Shown: positions 51,542-62,830, numbered from the stretch's first letter. The stretch is 64,000 nucleotides of DNA from Rickettsiales bacterium (GCA_031288835.1 JAITQO010000016.1:8167-72166), one strand, 5' to 3'. The notes: a model not told the origin generated them from the letters alone. Made by a program: numbers and translations.

Positions 51542-51972
51542 TTTTGTCCGCATGATTCCGCCGCTCCGCGCGCCAGCTCGTCGCAGCGATTGTTCATTTC
51601 GTCATCGCAATGCCCGCGCGTCCATTTCCAGTGAATGCGGAACCGCGACGACAGTTCATCCAGCCGCTCCCACAAGTCCTTGTTCGCGACGGGCTTTTTA
51701 TTGCTGGTTTTCCATCCGTTTTTCTTCCAATCGGCCAACCATGACTCCATTCCATTTTTTACATACTGGCTGTCCGTGAGCAATTCTATTTCATCATGAT
51801 TCTTGATTGAGGAAAGCGCGTTGATGACCGCCAGCAGTTCCATGCGGTTGTTTGTCGTGTCGGAAGCGCCGCCGCTGCGCTCCGCAATCCTGTCGCCGTC
51901 CGTCATCACGAAAGCCCATCCGCCGTTTCCGGGATTTCCTAAACAAGAGCCGTCGGTCCATACTTTTAGCAT
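51538..51972 (-). CDS. rnhA: ribonuclease HI
   Basis: [22 protein letters not shown]...[14 protein letters not shown]...LLTDSQYV...[20 protein letters not shown]. The track ORF (to 52659) is an antisense-to-tkt extension. Confidence 0.9.
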   Translation of the reverse strand: MLKVWTDGSCLGNPGNGGWAFVMTDGDRIAERSGGASDTTNNRMELLAVINALSSIKNHDEIELLTDSQYVKNGMESWLADWKKNGWKTSNKKPVANKDLWERLDELSSRFRIHWKWTRGHCDDEMNNRCDELARGAAESCGQN

Positions 51973-52020
51973 TGCGTTTCCTTTTGTTTTTTTTATATAA
52001 TACCATAAATCAGGGAAAAA

Positions 52021-53823
52021 ATGTTCTGGAAAAAATCCGTTTTTGACAAAAGGGAATTGCGCGTCATGGCGAACGCCGCCCGGCTGCTGGCGCTGGATTC
52101 GATACAAACGGCCGGCTCCGGGCATCCGGGCGTGGCGCTCGGCTTCGCGGACGTAATCACGACGTTGTTCGCTAATCATCTGCAGTTTGACCCGAAGGTC
52201 GGCGATTGGGAAGACCGCGATCGGCTGGTTTTGTCGATGGGCCACGCGTCCGCGCTGCTTTACAGCGTTCTCCACCTTGCCGGATATCCGGTTTCGCGCC
52301 AGAAATTGAGAACTTTCCGACGAATCGGAGGCCTGCCCGGGCACCCGGAGCGAAACCCGAAAATGGGCGTGGAGCTGACCACGGGGCCGCTGGGGCAGGG
52401 TTTTGCGAGCGCGGTGGGCATCGCGCTCGCAAGGCCCGGGAACAAGGTCTATGTCCTTGCGTCCGACGGCGATTTGATGGAGGGCGTGACGCAGGAGGCG
52501 GCCTCGTTCGCGGGATTCCGAAAATTGCGCAATCTGATAGTCCTGTGGGATGACAATGGAATCACGATTGACGGCCCCGCGGCGACAAGCGAGAATGTTC
52601 CGGCGAAGTTTCGCGCGATGGGCTGGAACACGATTGAATTGAACGGAATGAACGCGCATGAGGTCGACCGGGCGTTGCGCATCGCAAGAAAAATGAAGTC
52701 GCCGGTTTTATTGGCGTGCAAAACAATCATCGGTTTTGGCAGCAAGGATGCGGGAACGGAAAGGGTTCACGGGGCTCCGCTTGATTACGACGACGGCCTG
52801 CGTCTGATATCGGAACTGACGGATGATTTCGAGGCCGCGAAAATCCTGTGGAAAAGATTGTCGGGGGCGAGAAAGGACAATGGGCGTAAATCCGAAGCTC
52901 GGCAGAAAATAAAATTATTCGCTGCGCCCGAGGTTTCGAAAAAAGAATGCTCCACCCGCGAATTATTTAACGTTATGATAAAAAGCGCTGCCGAGAAGAA
53001 TCCCGGCCTGATTGTCGGCGGCAGCGCGGATTTGTCGAACAGCACCGGCTCGCTGCTTGACGGAAAGGATTATATTCATTACGGCGTGCGCGAGCATGCG
53101 ATGGCCGCGATAATGAACGGTTTGGCGGCATCCGGCGTATATCCATACGGCGGGACGTTTCTGGTGTTTTCGGATTATATGCGCGGCGCGATGCGCGAAG
53201 CGGCGATTATGAATCTGCCGGTTTTGTTTGTTTTTTCGCACGATTCCATCGCGCTTGGCGAAGACGGCCCGACGCACCAGCCAGTGGAGCAATTGCCGTC
53301 GCTCAGGATGATTCCGAATATGGCGGTGTTCCGCCCGTGCAATGCGCGCGAGATGTTTTTGTGTTTGAAGCGTCATTTTGATTCCGGCGCGCCGTCGGCG
53401 ATAATTCTGTCGCGCCAGGCGTTCGCGCAGGTTCCGGAAAACACGGCCGCGAATTGCGGATGTTATGTGGCACTTGGGACGAAAAACGCGCAGGTGAAAC
53501 TGATTGCCACGGGCAGCGAGGTCGCGCTGGCGGCCGCAATCCGCGGGATTCTGGAATTGAAAAACATCCGGGCGGCCGTGCTTTCCGTGCCGTCGATGGA
53601 GGTGATGATGAAGGAAAACCGCGGAGAGTTGGCAAGGTTTTTATCCGGCGGATTCGCTGTGTGGCTTGAAGCGTCGGCGCAGATGCCTCCGTTTTCGGTG
53701 TCGATGATTGTTCGCGTCGCAAACTTCGGCGAATCGGGCGGCGGCGCGGATATTTATAAAAAATACGGGTTCGACGCCGAATACATAGCGGAAGAAATCG
53801 CGAAGAAAATAAAAAAATTATGA
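52021..53823 (+). CDS. tkt: transketolase
   Basis: ...[17 protein letters not shown]...GHASALLYS...[12 protein letters not shown]...[11 protein letters not shown]...[12 protein letters not shown]... Confidence 0.9.
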   Translation: MFWKKSVFDKRELRVMANAARLLALDSIQTAGSGHPGVALGFADVITTLFANHLQFDPKVGDWEDRDRLVLSMGHASALLYSVLHLAGYPVSRQKLRTFRRIGGLPGHPERNPKMGVELTTGPLGQGFASAVGIALARPGNKVYVLASDGDLMEGVTQEAASFAGFRKLRNLIVLWDDNGITIDGPAATSENVPAKFRAMGWNTIELNGMNAHEVDRALRIARKMKSPVLLACKTIIGFGSKDAGTERVHGAPLDYDDGLRLISELTDDFEAAKILWKRLSGARKDNGRKSEARQKIKLFAAPEVSKKECSTRELFNVMIKSAAEKNPGLIVGGSADLSNSTGSLLDGKDYIHYGVREHAMAAIMNGLAASGVYPYGGTFLVFSDYMRGAMREAAIMNLPVLFVFSHDSIALGEDGPTHQPVEQLPSLRMIPNMAVFRPCNAREMFLCLKRHFDSGAPSAIILSRQAFAQVPENTAANCGCYVALGTKNAQVKLIATGSEVALAAAIRGILELKNIRAAVLSVPSMEVMMKENRGELARFLSGGFAVWLEASAQMPPFSVSMIVRVANFGESGGGADIYKKYGFDAEYIAEEIAKKIKKL

Positions 53824-54251
53824 AAATCCGCGCCGGCGATATTCTGACCGTTTTTGGCGAGCCGTATGAAATCGTCCAATCAGAGGTCGGCGGCGCGCCC
53901 GAGTTTCTCGACCGCCGCGTCAGGGACAGAATAAAGAGTCAGTTTTTGCTGAAGACGCGGGAGATTATGCGCGCGATGCCGCCGGAATTGCGCCCGACCC
54001 GGATTGCGGTGCGCGATACGCGGAGCCGCTGGGGCTCGTGCTCGTCGATCGGGACGATTTCGTTATCATGGCGCCTTGCGTTCGCGCCGTCGGAAATCAT
54101 GCGCTATGTAATCATCCACGAGTGCTGCCATCTTCGTGAAATGAACCACTCCGCCGCTTTTTGGACGCTGGTCGGCAGGCATTTCGGAACGGGATACGAG
54201 AACGCGAGAAAATGGCTGCTACGGAACGGCCATAGGATGTTTGAAATATAG
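53820..54251 (+). CDS. YgjP/DUF45-like (SprT-like) metal-dependent hydrolase, short form
   Basis: [48 protein letters not shown] (HExxH). 4-nt overlap with tkt. Confidence 0.7.
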   Translation: MKIRAGDILTVFGEPYEIVQSEVGGAPEFLDRRVRDRIKSQFLLKTREIMRAMPPELRPTRIAVRDTRSRWGSCSSIGTISLSWRLAFAPSEIMRYVIIHECCHLREMNHSAAFWTLVGRHFGTGYENARKWLLRNGHRMFEI

Positions 54252-54318
54252 CTTGTAATTTTTCTTGTTTTTTTACGCTTGATTGCACCGTGATTTTTTT
54301 ATTATCATTTCTTCATAA

Positions 54319-57300
54319 ATGAGGAAGGTATTTTCGTTTTTGGCAATTGCCGCATTGCTGGGCGGTTTCGCGTACGCGGACGACGGGGCGGAAACCGCGC
54401 GCGCCGCCGCCCGAAGCGCGCCCGCGCAGCGTCCGAGCCAAAAGGCCGCGCCGCAGGGGCGCGGAAAGGCGGAGCCGTCGCGCGAGCAAAAAAGCGCCGC
54501 GACGACAAGCCGGGCCGCTGCGGTGCGAAAAATCGCCGCGTCGTCGTCCGCGTCCGCGCCGCAGTCTCCGCGCGATTCCGCAACGCGCCAGCAGGTTGTG
54601 TCCCGCGCGGCCGTAACGGGCAAGATTTCCCAACCCGCGTCCCGAAATACGGGCGCGTTGTCCAAAACCGTTCGCCCTGTTCTTGGCCGCGGAAGCATGT
54701 CGCGCTCCGCGCATGCGCCCGTTATATCTTCCTCTGCTACGCGGGCGACCGCAAGCGCCGCGCGCAACGCCGCGAATTCGGGACGCGTGTCCCGCGCGGC
54801 CGTAACGGGCAAGGTTGTGGGCGCGTCCGTCAGTCCGGCCTACAATACGTGCCGGGAGACGTATTTTTCCTGCATGGACGAGTTTTGCGCGAACAAGGAC
54901 GCGTCGCTGCGCCGCTGCGCGTGTTCGAGCCGTCTGCATGATTTCGACGGCGACAAGAAGATTCTTGAGCAGGCGCAGGTGAAGTTGTCGGATTTCAACG
55001 ACCGACTGCTTGCCGTCAACATGGACAAGGAGGACGCCGAGGCCATGCTGAAGTCCACCGCCGGCGAGGATGCATACAATGACCCCGACAAATCGGCATC
55101 GCAAAAAGCCCTTGACGAAATTCTCAAAAAGATAAAGGCGAAAACCGGGGAAACGCAGCAGACGCAGTCGCTGGCGGCGATAACGTTCTCCGCGGCGAAC
55201 ATGGACGGCGATATGTTCGACGCCGTGGATTCGATGCTGGGCGCGGAAACGGCGGCGAAGGAGGGCGATGCCCTGTATCGCGCCGCGCTGCCCACATGCG
55301 TCGAGATGGCGAACGAAGTCTGCGAGCCGGCGGATGTCAAAATCGTCCAGTCGGCGTATCAAATGTCGATAGAACAGGACTGCAACACCTTGTCGAAGAA
55401 TTACGCGCTCTTGAAATCGACCGCGCTTGAAAAGGCGAAGGAAGGAAGCGCGCTTCTGGATATGTCGCGCCTGACGAATTATCAGGAAAGAAACAGCGCC
55501 GACATATTGGCCTGCGCCAAGCAGATGATAGAGATGGTAAACACGGACGCGGTTTGCGGCGGCAATTTTGACAAATGTCTGGATTGGACCGGAAAATACA
55601 TCGACCCGTCGACGGGAAGCGCGATTTTGTCAGAAGATTTGGCAGATTTGGGCGATATGCTGACGCCGCCGGCGGCCAACGAAAGATGGGCGGACATTCC
55701 GGCGAACGCAAGCATGGTCAGATTTTTGGAATCGAAAAAGCTGTATATAGAGCCCGCGATGAAGAATTGCGAGGAAATCAGCGCGGCGGCTTGGGATAAT
55801 TTCATGGAGGACGCGCTGGCGAAAATAAAAATCGCGCAAAGGAAGAAATTGGACGATATGCGTCAGAGTTGCACGGTTTTGGTGGGTCAATGCAAATCGG
55901 AGCAGATGCAGTCGATTCAGGACTTTGACGCGCGCGCGCTGTCTATTTTCGGCGTGCTGGCGAACGTGATGGTCAGCAGCATGTGCAGCGATGTCCAATC
56001 CGCGTGCGGCGCGCTGATGAAAAAAATCGAACCCACAACAGAAGAAGGTTCCACCACGGTCGGCGAGGGATGGGGCAATGCGATGCACAAAGCAGACCTG
56101 GAAAGAATGTACCGGACGATTCTGCAGACCTGCAAACTGGTCGGGCAGGAATGCATAAAAACCATGTGTCAGACAAGAGACCAGCAGTTTGGCCTGTGCC
56201 TTGAAGACAACTCGTCGCAGCGGCGCGCGATATTGTCCACAAAAAATGGCAATAATTGTTACGATGAAGTCGAACAATGCGTAGGACAGGCGGATTATGA
56301 TGAATATCTAAAAGATATAGTGGATGAATATGACGCGGATTTTCATGTAAAAAGACCTGGTGACTATACGTCGATTTATTCCGATGACAAACCGAAGGCA
56401 AAAATTGGCAAAAACATATGGGGAATGTGCGAAAAGGAAGGCGTGTTCGAAGTGGATAACAGGATAGTTCTAGATAACGAAACCGTGTTGGGATGGTTTG
56501 GAAGAGGCACCAATGTGCCAAGTTGTTATACCGGCGAGTGCGAAGATGGTTCTTATATAATATTCAGAAATTATGATACGAAAGTGGGAAAATGGACTGA
56601 AAATTGTAACATGTATGGAAGTTCGGCTTATGAATTTTGCGGCGCCGACAAAAGTGGAATGGAGGCTGGAGGAATAGTTGGGGGTGAGGATAAGTCTATT
56701 TTGCTGGTTGGTAATATTCCCGCAGGCAGCGTTTTGCCGGACAATTTCAAGCATAAAGGTCAATTTACAAATTGCTGTAATTCCGAAATAAAAGACAAAT
56801 GGGAAAATTGTTGCGGTGAAGGAATGGGAGATTATAGCACGGGAATTAATAAGGATTCATTATATGATGGTATTAACATGTGTTCATTTGACTATTATGT
56901 AGCAGGTAGTAATACTTATCCAGAGCTTATTATTAGCCATACAAATACTTATAATTATTGTGTCCCTACAGATATGGGTATAGGTGTGGGTTGGAAATAC
57001 ATCGCTACAAATGTATGGGGTGATAGTACCAGCTATAAACATCTGTTTTGCTTGGGAAATTTGCGTAACGGCGCATATGGAACCAATGACTCAGATAATG
57101 ATAATACAGAGACATGCGAAGGCACCTTTGTGACTGTGGATGAAAATGGAATATATAGTTCCAGACTTGGAAGTAGTGGAGATGCAGTTGAAAGATATTT
57201 GAATTATTTTTATGCCAATACAAATGATGCCCCTGATAAGGGGGGCGAACATCATAAATTATACGTATATTTGCCTGCTAATTTTTATAATAGTAACCAA

Positions 57301-57492
57301 CCAAAGGAGGCTGGATATTACCCTATAGCAAGTAGTGATTATGTAAAAAATGAAACCTATGGAAATTATCCGCGACATCATGTCGCCTATTGCGAAGAAG
57401 GTTTTTATATAGATACGGACAATGATAAGTTTGGCTGCTGTAAAAATGATGGTATTTCAACAGAAAATTGCAAAACATATTTTAAAAAATAA
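54319..57492 (+). CDS. 1057-aa secreted Cys-rich hypothetical protein
   Basis: Signal peptide MRKVFSFLAIAALLGGFAYA. Ala/Ser/Arg-rich region with a duplicated SRAAVTGK. Then YNTCRETYFSCMDEFCANKDASLRRCACS and many further Cys. The 3' third is AT-richer. Confidence 0.6.
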   Translation: MRKVFSFLAIAALLGGFAYADDGAETARAAARSAPAQRPSQKAAPQGRGKAEPSREQKSAATTSRAAAVRKIAASSSASAPQSPRDSATRQQVVSRAAVTGKISQPASRNTGALSKTVRPVLGRGSMSRSAHAPVISSSATRATASAARNAANSGRVSRAAVTGKVVGASVSPAYNTCRETYFSCMDEFCANKDASLRRCACSSRLHDFDGDKKILEQAQVKLSDFNDRLLAVNMDKEDAEAMLKSTAGEDAYNDPDKSASQKALDEILKKIKAKTGETQQTQSLAAITFSAANMDGDMFDAVDSMLGAETAAKEGDALYRAALPTCVEMANEVCEPADVKIVQSAYQMSIEQDCNTLSKNYALLKSTALEKAKEGSALLDMSRLTNYQERNSADILACAKQMIEMVNTDAVCGGNFDKCLDWTGKYIDPSTGSAILSEDLADLGDMLTPPAANERWADIPANASMVRFLESKKLYIEPAMKNCEEISAAAWDNFMEDALAKIKIAQRKKLDDMRQSCTVLVGQCKSEQMQSIQDFDARALSIFGVLANVMVSSMCSDVQSACGALMKKIEPTTEEGSTTVGEGWGNAMHKADLERMYRTILQTCKLVGQECIKTMCQTRDQQFGLCLEDNSSQRRAILSTKNGNNCYDEVEQCVGQADYDEYLKDIVDEYDADFHVKRPGDYTSIYSDDKPKAKIGKNIWGMCEKEGVFEVDNRIVLDNETVLGWFGRGTNVPSCYTGECEDGSYIIFRNYDTKVGKWTENCNMYGSSAYEFCGADKSGMEAGGIVGGEDKSILLVGNIPAGSVLPDNFKHKGQFTNCCNSEIKDKWENCCGEGMGDYSTGINKDSLYDGINMCSFDYYVAGSNTYPELIISHTNTYNYCVPTDMGIGVGWKYIATNVWGDSTSYKHLFCLGNLRNGAYGTNDSDNDNTETCEGTFVTVDENGIYSSRLGSSGDAVERYLNYFYANTNDAPDKGGEHHKLYVYLPANFYNSNQPKEAGYYPIASSDYVKNETYGNYPRHHVAYCEEGFYIDTDNDKFGCCKNDGISTENCKTYFKK

Positions 57493-57499
57493 TTGTGAT

Positions 57500-58018
57500 T
57501 CACAACCATTCGGCGCAAATGGTTGGTATTTTCTGCATAACTGTGTCATCGATTATATTTTGTTCTGATTTTGCAAACTTTCCAAGAACCCAATCACTGA
57601 TGTCATAATCTTTGGATTCGGGACGCCCGACGCCGATTCGAATGCGCCGGTAATCGTTCCCAATCGCCGCGCTGATTGATTTCAATCCATTGTGTCCGGC
57701 GTTTCCGCCGCCAATTTTTGTCCGTATGTCGCCCAGTCTCAGGTCTATGTCGTCGTGAATCACAACTATGTCCTCCGGCGGGATTTTGTATTTTGCCATT
57801 GCCGCCTGGACAGCCAGGCCGGACAGATTCATGAAAGTCTGCGGTTTTATGAAAACCGCATGCCCGGATTTCGCCGCAAGATAATTTTTTTCTTTTTTCC
57901 AAACCGCGCCGGCGCCGGCAAGCGCGTTTACCGCCATAAATCCGGCATTATGCCGCGTATCGGCGTATTCGGGTTCGGGATTTCCCAGGCCTATAATTAA
58001 ACTTGCTTTTTCCGCCAT
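57500..58018 (-). CDS. pth: peptidyl-tRNA hydrolase
   Basis: LIIGLGNPEPEYADTRHNAGFMAV...IHDDIDL...GGNAGHNGLKSI. Confidence 0.9.
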   Translation of the reverse strand: MAEKASLIIGLGNPEPEYADTRHNAGFMAVNALAGAGAVWKKEKNYLAAKSGHAVFIKPQTFMNLSGLAVQAAMAKYKIPPEDIVVIHDDIDLRLGDIRTKIGGGNAGHNGLKSISAAIGNDYRRIRIGVGRPESKDYDISDWVLGKFAKSEQNIIDDTVMQKIPTICAEWL

Positions 58019-58060
58019 TTTTTCTATAATTCGATTATAACACAACAAAAGGAAAAAATT

Positions 58061-58624
58061 ATGAAAAAAACTTTGCTATCGATTATTTTCGGATTATTGC
58101 TCGCGCCGGCCGCGCACGCGGGAGTCCTGATTGATTTTTATGCCGGGGCGTTCGGGGGAATGGGCGAAAACATAACGTATATTCCGGCGGGAACGACCCT
58201 CCCAAGCGCAAAGGATTTAAGGAAATCCGGAAAATCGTTCGGCGCGGTCGCCGGAATCAACATTCCGCTCGTTCGAATCGAAGGCGAATACGATTACATT
58301 TCGGCAAAGAATCTGAACCTGAATGCGGCAATGGCCAATGTGTATGTCAAGCTGCTTCCGACCCCGGTTGTGAAGCCGTATATCGGAATCGGCGCCGGCA
58401 TGACTTTCGGCGGAAAAATCGACACCAACGTTTTGGACGTGAAGTTTGAAAAATCCAAGGCGCTTCAAGGGATGTTGGGTCTGCAGGTTGAAATCCCTCT
58501 GACGTCGCTGGCGGTCGATTTGGAATGGCGCGTGCTGTATGCGCCGAAAGTTTATGAAATCGTCGGCAAGGAAATCGGGTTTTTGCAGTCGGACATCCGC
58601 GCGAAAATCAGATATGTGTTTTAG
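58061..58624 (+). CDS. small outer-membrane beta-barrel protein (OmpW/Opa-like porin-family fold)
   Basis: Signal peptide MKKTLLSIIFGLLLAPAAHA. Eight or so amphipathic strands; ends RAKIRYVF. Confidence 0.65.
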   Translation: MKKTLLSIIFGLLLAPAAHAGVLIDFYAGAFGGMGENITYIPAGTTLPSAKDLRKSGKSFGAVAGINIPLVRIEGEYDYISAKNLNLNAAMANVYVKLLPTPVVKPYIGIGAGMTFGGKIDTNVLDVKFEKSKALQGMLGLQVEIPLTSLAVDLEWRVLYAPKVYEIVGKEIGFLQSDIRAKIRYVF

Positions 58625-58740
58625 TCCAATAGTTGTAAGCTATAAGTGATAAGCCGGTGCGGCATGCATGCGCGTTTTATAGAAAATGCAGTGCCGCCAA
58701 TCAAATCCGACTTATGCTTATAATTAATAACTGAAATGTC

Positions 58741-60990
58741 ATGCGCAGCATAATCGACGGCAATTCTTTATTGTTTCGGGCGTTCTATGGGGTGCGCCAG
58801 CGTCTGACCAGGCCGGACGGCGTTCCCATGAACGCCGTATATGGATTCTCAAATATGGTTCTGCCGCTGCTGGCGGACGCGGAAGAGGGCGACGAGTTCA
58901 TCTGCGTTTTCGACGCGCACCGCAGGAATTGGCGGAACGACATATATCCCGAATATAAAATGAACCGCGACGAGACGCCCGCGGACTTGCTGGCGCAGAT
59001 TGAAATCACCAGAAACGCCGTGCGGGCGATGGGAATGCCGTGCCTGGTGGTTGATAATGTCGAGGCGGACGACGTGATTGCGACCCTGGCGCAGGAACAA
59101 TGCCCGACCCGGATTATTTCCAGCGACAAGGATTTGATGCAGTTGGTGTCGCCGTGCTGCTTTGTCTATGATACCATGAAGGGCGAGGAAATCGACGAGC
59201 GGGGCGTTTTGGACAAATACGGCGTTCGCCCGTCCCAGATGATTGATTACCAGGCTTTGGTCGGCGATGCGTCCGACAATGTGCCCGGGGTTTATGGAAT
59301 CGGCCCGAAAAAGGCGGCGGAATTGCTGGGCGAATACGGGACGCTTGAAAAAATCTATGAAAATCTGGACAAAATCAAAAACGACAGGGTGCGGCAATTG
59401 CTGGCCGGCGGCAAGGACTCGGCGTTTATGTCGAAAAAATTGGTCTCGCTGAAAACGGATGTGGAAATCCCGCCGTTCGCGCCATACCTGTTTGACGCCG
59501 AAGCGGCGCGGCGGTTTTTTATAACCGAGGTCGGTTCGCCCTCGCTTGCCGAAAAGGCCAGAAAAATCGGCGGGCTTGCCCCTGCGGCGGAGAGTGTCCC
59601 CGGCGACATATATGTCTTCAATCCTGACGCCATCGATTGGGGAAAATTGACCGACGAAAATGTCAAAAAAATCACATACGACTGGAAAACTATTTTTCAC
59701 GGGCTTGACGCGCGCGGGTTCGACGTGTCGCGGATTCGTCCGATTGACGACGTGATGCTGATGAATTATGCGCTCAACAGAAAAGACAGCGGCGACGTTC
59801 TGGCCGATTATAATTATTTTGTCGCGCACCCGAACAAGATTTATGAAATGGACTTGGCGATTCTGCGCCCGCTGTTCCGGATGGAAAAAAACGGGGTTCT
59901 TGTCGACGTGCGGAAGCTGAAGGAGATTTCCGATTTGCTGCATAGGCGGGCGGACGAGTTGCAGGCGAGAATATGGGAATTGGCCGGAGCGGAGTTCAAT
60001 ATCGCCAGCCCGAAGCAGCTGGCCGAGGTTTTGTTCGACAAACTTGGATTGCCGACAGATAAAAAACGCAGCACCGAGGCGGACAAGTTGTCGGAGTTGT
60101 CGGATGAAAACGAGATTGTGCGGCTGGTTCTGGATTGGCGCTCGCAGACGAAACTTTCCGGCACATACGCGGACGCATTGCCGAAATCAATCGCCGCGGA
60201 CGGCCGGATTCACACGACTTATCTGCAAACCAGCACGAACACGGGACGATTATCTTCGCGCGACCCGAACCTGCAGAATATTCCGATTAAGACTGAAATC
60301 GGCGCGGAAATCAGAAAATGTTTCGTGGCGTCTCCGGGGAATGTTTTAATCGCCGCCGATTATTCGCAGATTCAGTTGCGGCTGCTGGCGCATTTGGCCG
60401 ACGCGAAGATGCTGAAAGAGGCGTTTCTGACCGGCAAGGACATACACGCGGAAACAGCGGAGAAAATCTTCGGCATGTGCACGCCCGAAAACCGCAGGAT
60501 TGCGAAAACGATAAACTTTTCGATTATTTACGGCGTCTCGCCGTTCGGCTTGGCGGCGCAGCTTGGCATCACGCAACGCGACGCGGCGGCGATTATCGAA
60601 AATTACATGGCCGGATTGCCCGAGATTAAAAAGTTCATAGAGGATACGAAAAAAATCGCGCTTGCCCGCGGGTTCGTCGAAACTCCGTTCGGCCGCCGCA
60701 TAATGTTTCCGGATATAAACGAGCCCGCGCTGCGCGCATATTCGCTGCGCGCGGCCGTGAACGCGCCCATCCAGGGGTTCGAGGCGGACATAATGCGGCT
60801 CGCGCTGGCGAAATTGGCGGAATTGCCGATAAGGATGATTTTGCAGGTTCACGACGAGATTATATTCGAATGCGCCGCGGCCGACGCGAAAAAGTATGCG
60901 GCGCAAATCAAGGAGATTATGGAGTCAATCGTCAAGATTTCTGTTCCTCTCACCGCCGGATATACCATTTCGGAAAGATGGGATAAATGA
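58741..60990 (+). CDS. polA: DNA polymerase I (5'-nuclease plus polymerase; 3'-5' exonuclease domain largely missing)
   Basis: IDGNSLLFRAFYG...GDASDNVPGV (5' nuclease). DYSQIQLRLLAH, KTINFSIIYG and QVHDEIIFE (pol motifs A/B/C). Only about 80 aa lie between the two domains. Confidence 0.9.
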   Translation: MRSIIDGNSLLFRAFYGVRQRLTRPDGVPMNAVYGFSNMVLPLLADAEEGDEFICVFDAHRRNWRNDIYPEYKMNRDETPADLLAQIEITRNAVRAMGMPCLVVDNVEADDVIATLAQEQCPTRIISSDKDLMQLVSPCCFVYDTMKGEEIDERGVLDKYGVRPSQMIDYQALVGDASDNVPGVYGIGPKKAAELLGEYGTLEKIYENLDKIKNDRVRQLLAGGKDSAFMSKKLVSLKTDVEIPPFAPYLFDAEAARRFFITEVGSPSLAEKARKIGGLAPAAESVPGDIYVFNPDAIDWGKLTDENVKKITYDWKTIFHGLDARGFDVSRIRPIDDVMLMNYALNRKDSGDVLADYNYFVAHPNKIYEMDLAILRPLFRMEKNGVLVDVRKLKEISDLLHRRADELQARIWELAGAEFNIASPKQLAEVLFDKLGLPTDKKRSTEADKLSELSDENEIVRLVLDWRSQTKLSGTYADALPKSIAADGRIHTTYLQTSTNTGRLSSRDPNLQNIPIKTEIGAEIRKCFVASPGNVLIAADYSQIQLRLLAHLADAKMLKEAFLTGKDIHAETAEKIFGMCTPENRRIAKTINFSIIYGVSPFGLAAQLGITQRDAAAIIENYMAGLPEIKKFIEDTKKIALARGFVETPFGRRIMFPDINEPALRAYSLRAAVNAPIQGFEADIMRLALAKLAELPIRMILQVHDEIIFECAAADAKKYAAQIKEIMESIVKISVPLTAGYTISERWDK

Positions 60991-61008
60991 AGTTATAACT
61001 TATAACTT
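60990..61008. other. 19-bp AT-rich palindrome AAGTTATAAcTTATAACTT between convergent polA and ABC exporter stops
   Basis: 9-bp perfect arms span exactly the gap between the two stop codons; possibly a bidirectional terminator. Confidence 0.35.
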
Positions 61009-62824
61009 AAAGTTTTGCTTGTTCTTTCGTCTTAAACTGTATGTCTTTCAATTTCTTGTATTCGCCGTTCATGGCGACCAGTTCTTTGTCGGTTCCGCGT
61101 TCGATAATCCGCCCGTTTTTCACAACGCAAATCATGTCGGCGTCCAGAATGGTCGACAGGCGGTGCGCGATTACAAACACCGTCCGCCCGGCCATCAGTT
61201 TCTTCAGCGCCTCTTGAATCAATTTCTCCGATTCGGTATCCAACGCGCTCGTCGCTTCGTCCAGCAGCAGAATCGGGGCATTTTTCAGCACGGCGCGCGC
61301 AATCGCGATTCTTTGCTTTTGCCCGCCGGACAATAGGCTCCCGCGCTCGCCGGCATTCGTTTCGTATTTGTGCGGCAATCGCATGATGAAATCATGGGCG
61401 TTCGCGATTTTCGCAGCTTCGACAATCTGTTTCTTGGCCGCCGATTCGTTTCCGTATTTTATATTCTCCTCGATTGTCCCGTTGAACAGAAACACGTCCT
61501 GGGACACTTCGGCGATGTTTTTCCGGACGCTTTCCAAGGTGTATTTTCTTATGTCCGCGCCGTCGATTTCAACCGTGCCATCCTGCGGGTCATAGAACCG
61601 TTCCAGCAGATTGAACATTGTCGTTTTTCCGCCGCCGGACGGCCCGACAAACGCGCATATGTTTCCGGACGGAACGTCGAGGTTTATATCGTGCAGCACG
61701 TTTCCGTCGCCGCCGTTGTATGCGAACGAGACATCCTTGAAGGAAACGCCCATTTTTCCGCCCTTCAGCGGAACCGCGTTTTTGGCGTCGCTGATTGTGG
61801 GCTTGCTGTCCAGAAAATCGAACAGGACTTCGGCGGCAATCAGCCCGTGCTGTATGCTGTCCCCTATTCCCGTAGACGATTTCATCGGCTTATATGCCGC
61901 GGTGAACGCCAGAATGAACGCGGTGAAATCGCCGACGGTCATGGCCCCGCTTGTTATGAAATATCCGCCGAAAACCAGCGACATGCCGAGCCCGATGGAA
62001 ATGATTAGTTCCATCAGCGGCACGCGGAGCGACGATATCGTCGTGTTTTTATACGCGTTTTTGATTGCCTGCCCCAATATGTCATGGAACTTTTTCGATT
62101 CGTAATTTTCCGTTCCGAACGCCTGAATCGTCTTGATTCCTGCCAGCGACTGGCTCAGGTGCTGGCTGGACGTGTTCGCAATCGAGAATGATTTTCTGGT
62201 CAGTTTGTTTTTCTGGTGCGTGATTATCAGCAGCGGAATCAGCAAAACCGGAATCAGACCGAACAGCCATACGACCAGTTGCGGCGCGAACCAAATCATC
62301 AGCGAGAACATGATTAGCAAAGACGCCGCGTCCTGGATAATTTTTATAATCTGCGCAGTTACCAGGTTCAGAACCGCGCCGGCCTGCACGCCGAAATAGT
62401 TCATGAACGTGCCGACGCCGTTTTTCTGAATATTGGAAATATCCGTGTGAATCGTGTGGCGATAAATCCTTTCCTGCAGCGCCGCCGAAGTCTTCAATCC
62501 GGTTTTCGACATAATCAGCGATTTCACATAATTGAAGAAGCCTTTCAGCAGGAACGCGAAAACAACCTGACCTCCGATGAAAATCAGCGAGTTCATGTTT
62601 TTTGATATGAATCCCTTGTCCATTACCTGCTTTATCAGCGTTACCGTGTAGCCCTCGGCGCTTGCGGCGACAATGGTGCAGACAACGCCCGCCAACAGCC
62701 ATTTCCAATACGGCCGTCCGATTTCGCGCCACACGCGCCCGTAAAGCGACCATTTGATTTTGGTTTTTGGGTCTTTTTCCTTCAATCCCAGAACACGTTT
62801 GATTTTTTTAAGCATTTTTTTCAT
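61007..62824 (-). CDS. ABC transporter permease/ATP-binding fusion, MsbA-like lipid exporter
   Basis: Six-TM N-terminal domain. GPSGGGKTT (Walker A), LSGGQKQRIAIARA (signature), ILLLDEATSALD (Walker B). Confidence 0.8.
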   Translation of the reverse strand: MKKMLKKIKRVLGLKEKDPKTKIKWSLYGRVWREIGRPYWKWLLAGVVCTIVAASAEGYTVTLIKQVMDKGFISKNMNSLIFIGGQVVFAFLLKGFFNYVKSLIMSKTGLKTSAALQERIYRHTIHTDISNIQKNGVGTFMNYFGVQAGAVLNLVTAQIIKIIQDAASLLIMFSLMIWFAPQLVVWLFGLIPVLLIPLLIITHQKNKLTRKSFSIANTSSQHLSQSLAGIKTIQAFGTENYESKKFHDILGQAIKNAYKNTTISSLRVPLMELIISIGLGMSLVFGGYFITSGAMTVGDFTAFILAFTAAYKPMKSSTGIGDSIQHGLIAAEVLFDFLDSKPTISDAKNAVPLKGGKMGVSFKDVSFAYNGGDGNVLHDINLDVPSGNICAFVGPSGGGKTTMFNLLERFYDPQDGTVEIDGADIRKYTLESVRKNIAEVSQDVFLFNGTIEENIKYGNESAAKKQIVEAAKIANAHDFIMRLPHKYETNAGERGSLLSGGQKQRIAIARAVLKNAPILLLDEATSALDTESEKLIQEALKKLMAGRTVFVIAHRLSTILDADMICVVKNGRIIERGTDKELVAMNGEYKKLKDIQFKTKEQAKL

Positions 62825-62830
62825 GGCTTT

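Noticed and set aside
51973-52659. N-terminal 229-aa extension of the RNase H ORF (track ORF 51538..52659).
   Set aside because: The extension is antisense to transketolase and Arg-rich. RNase HI begins at [10 protein letters not shown] (ATG 51972), which has its own SD and -10.
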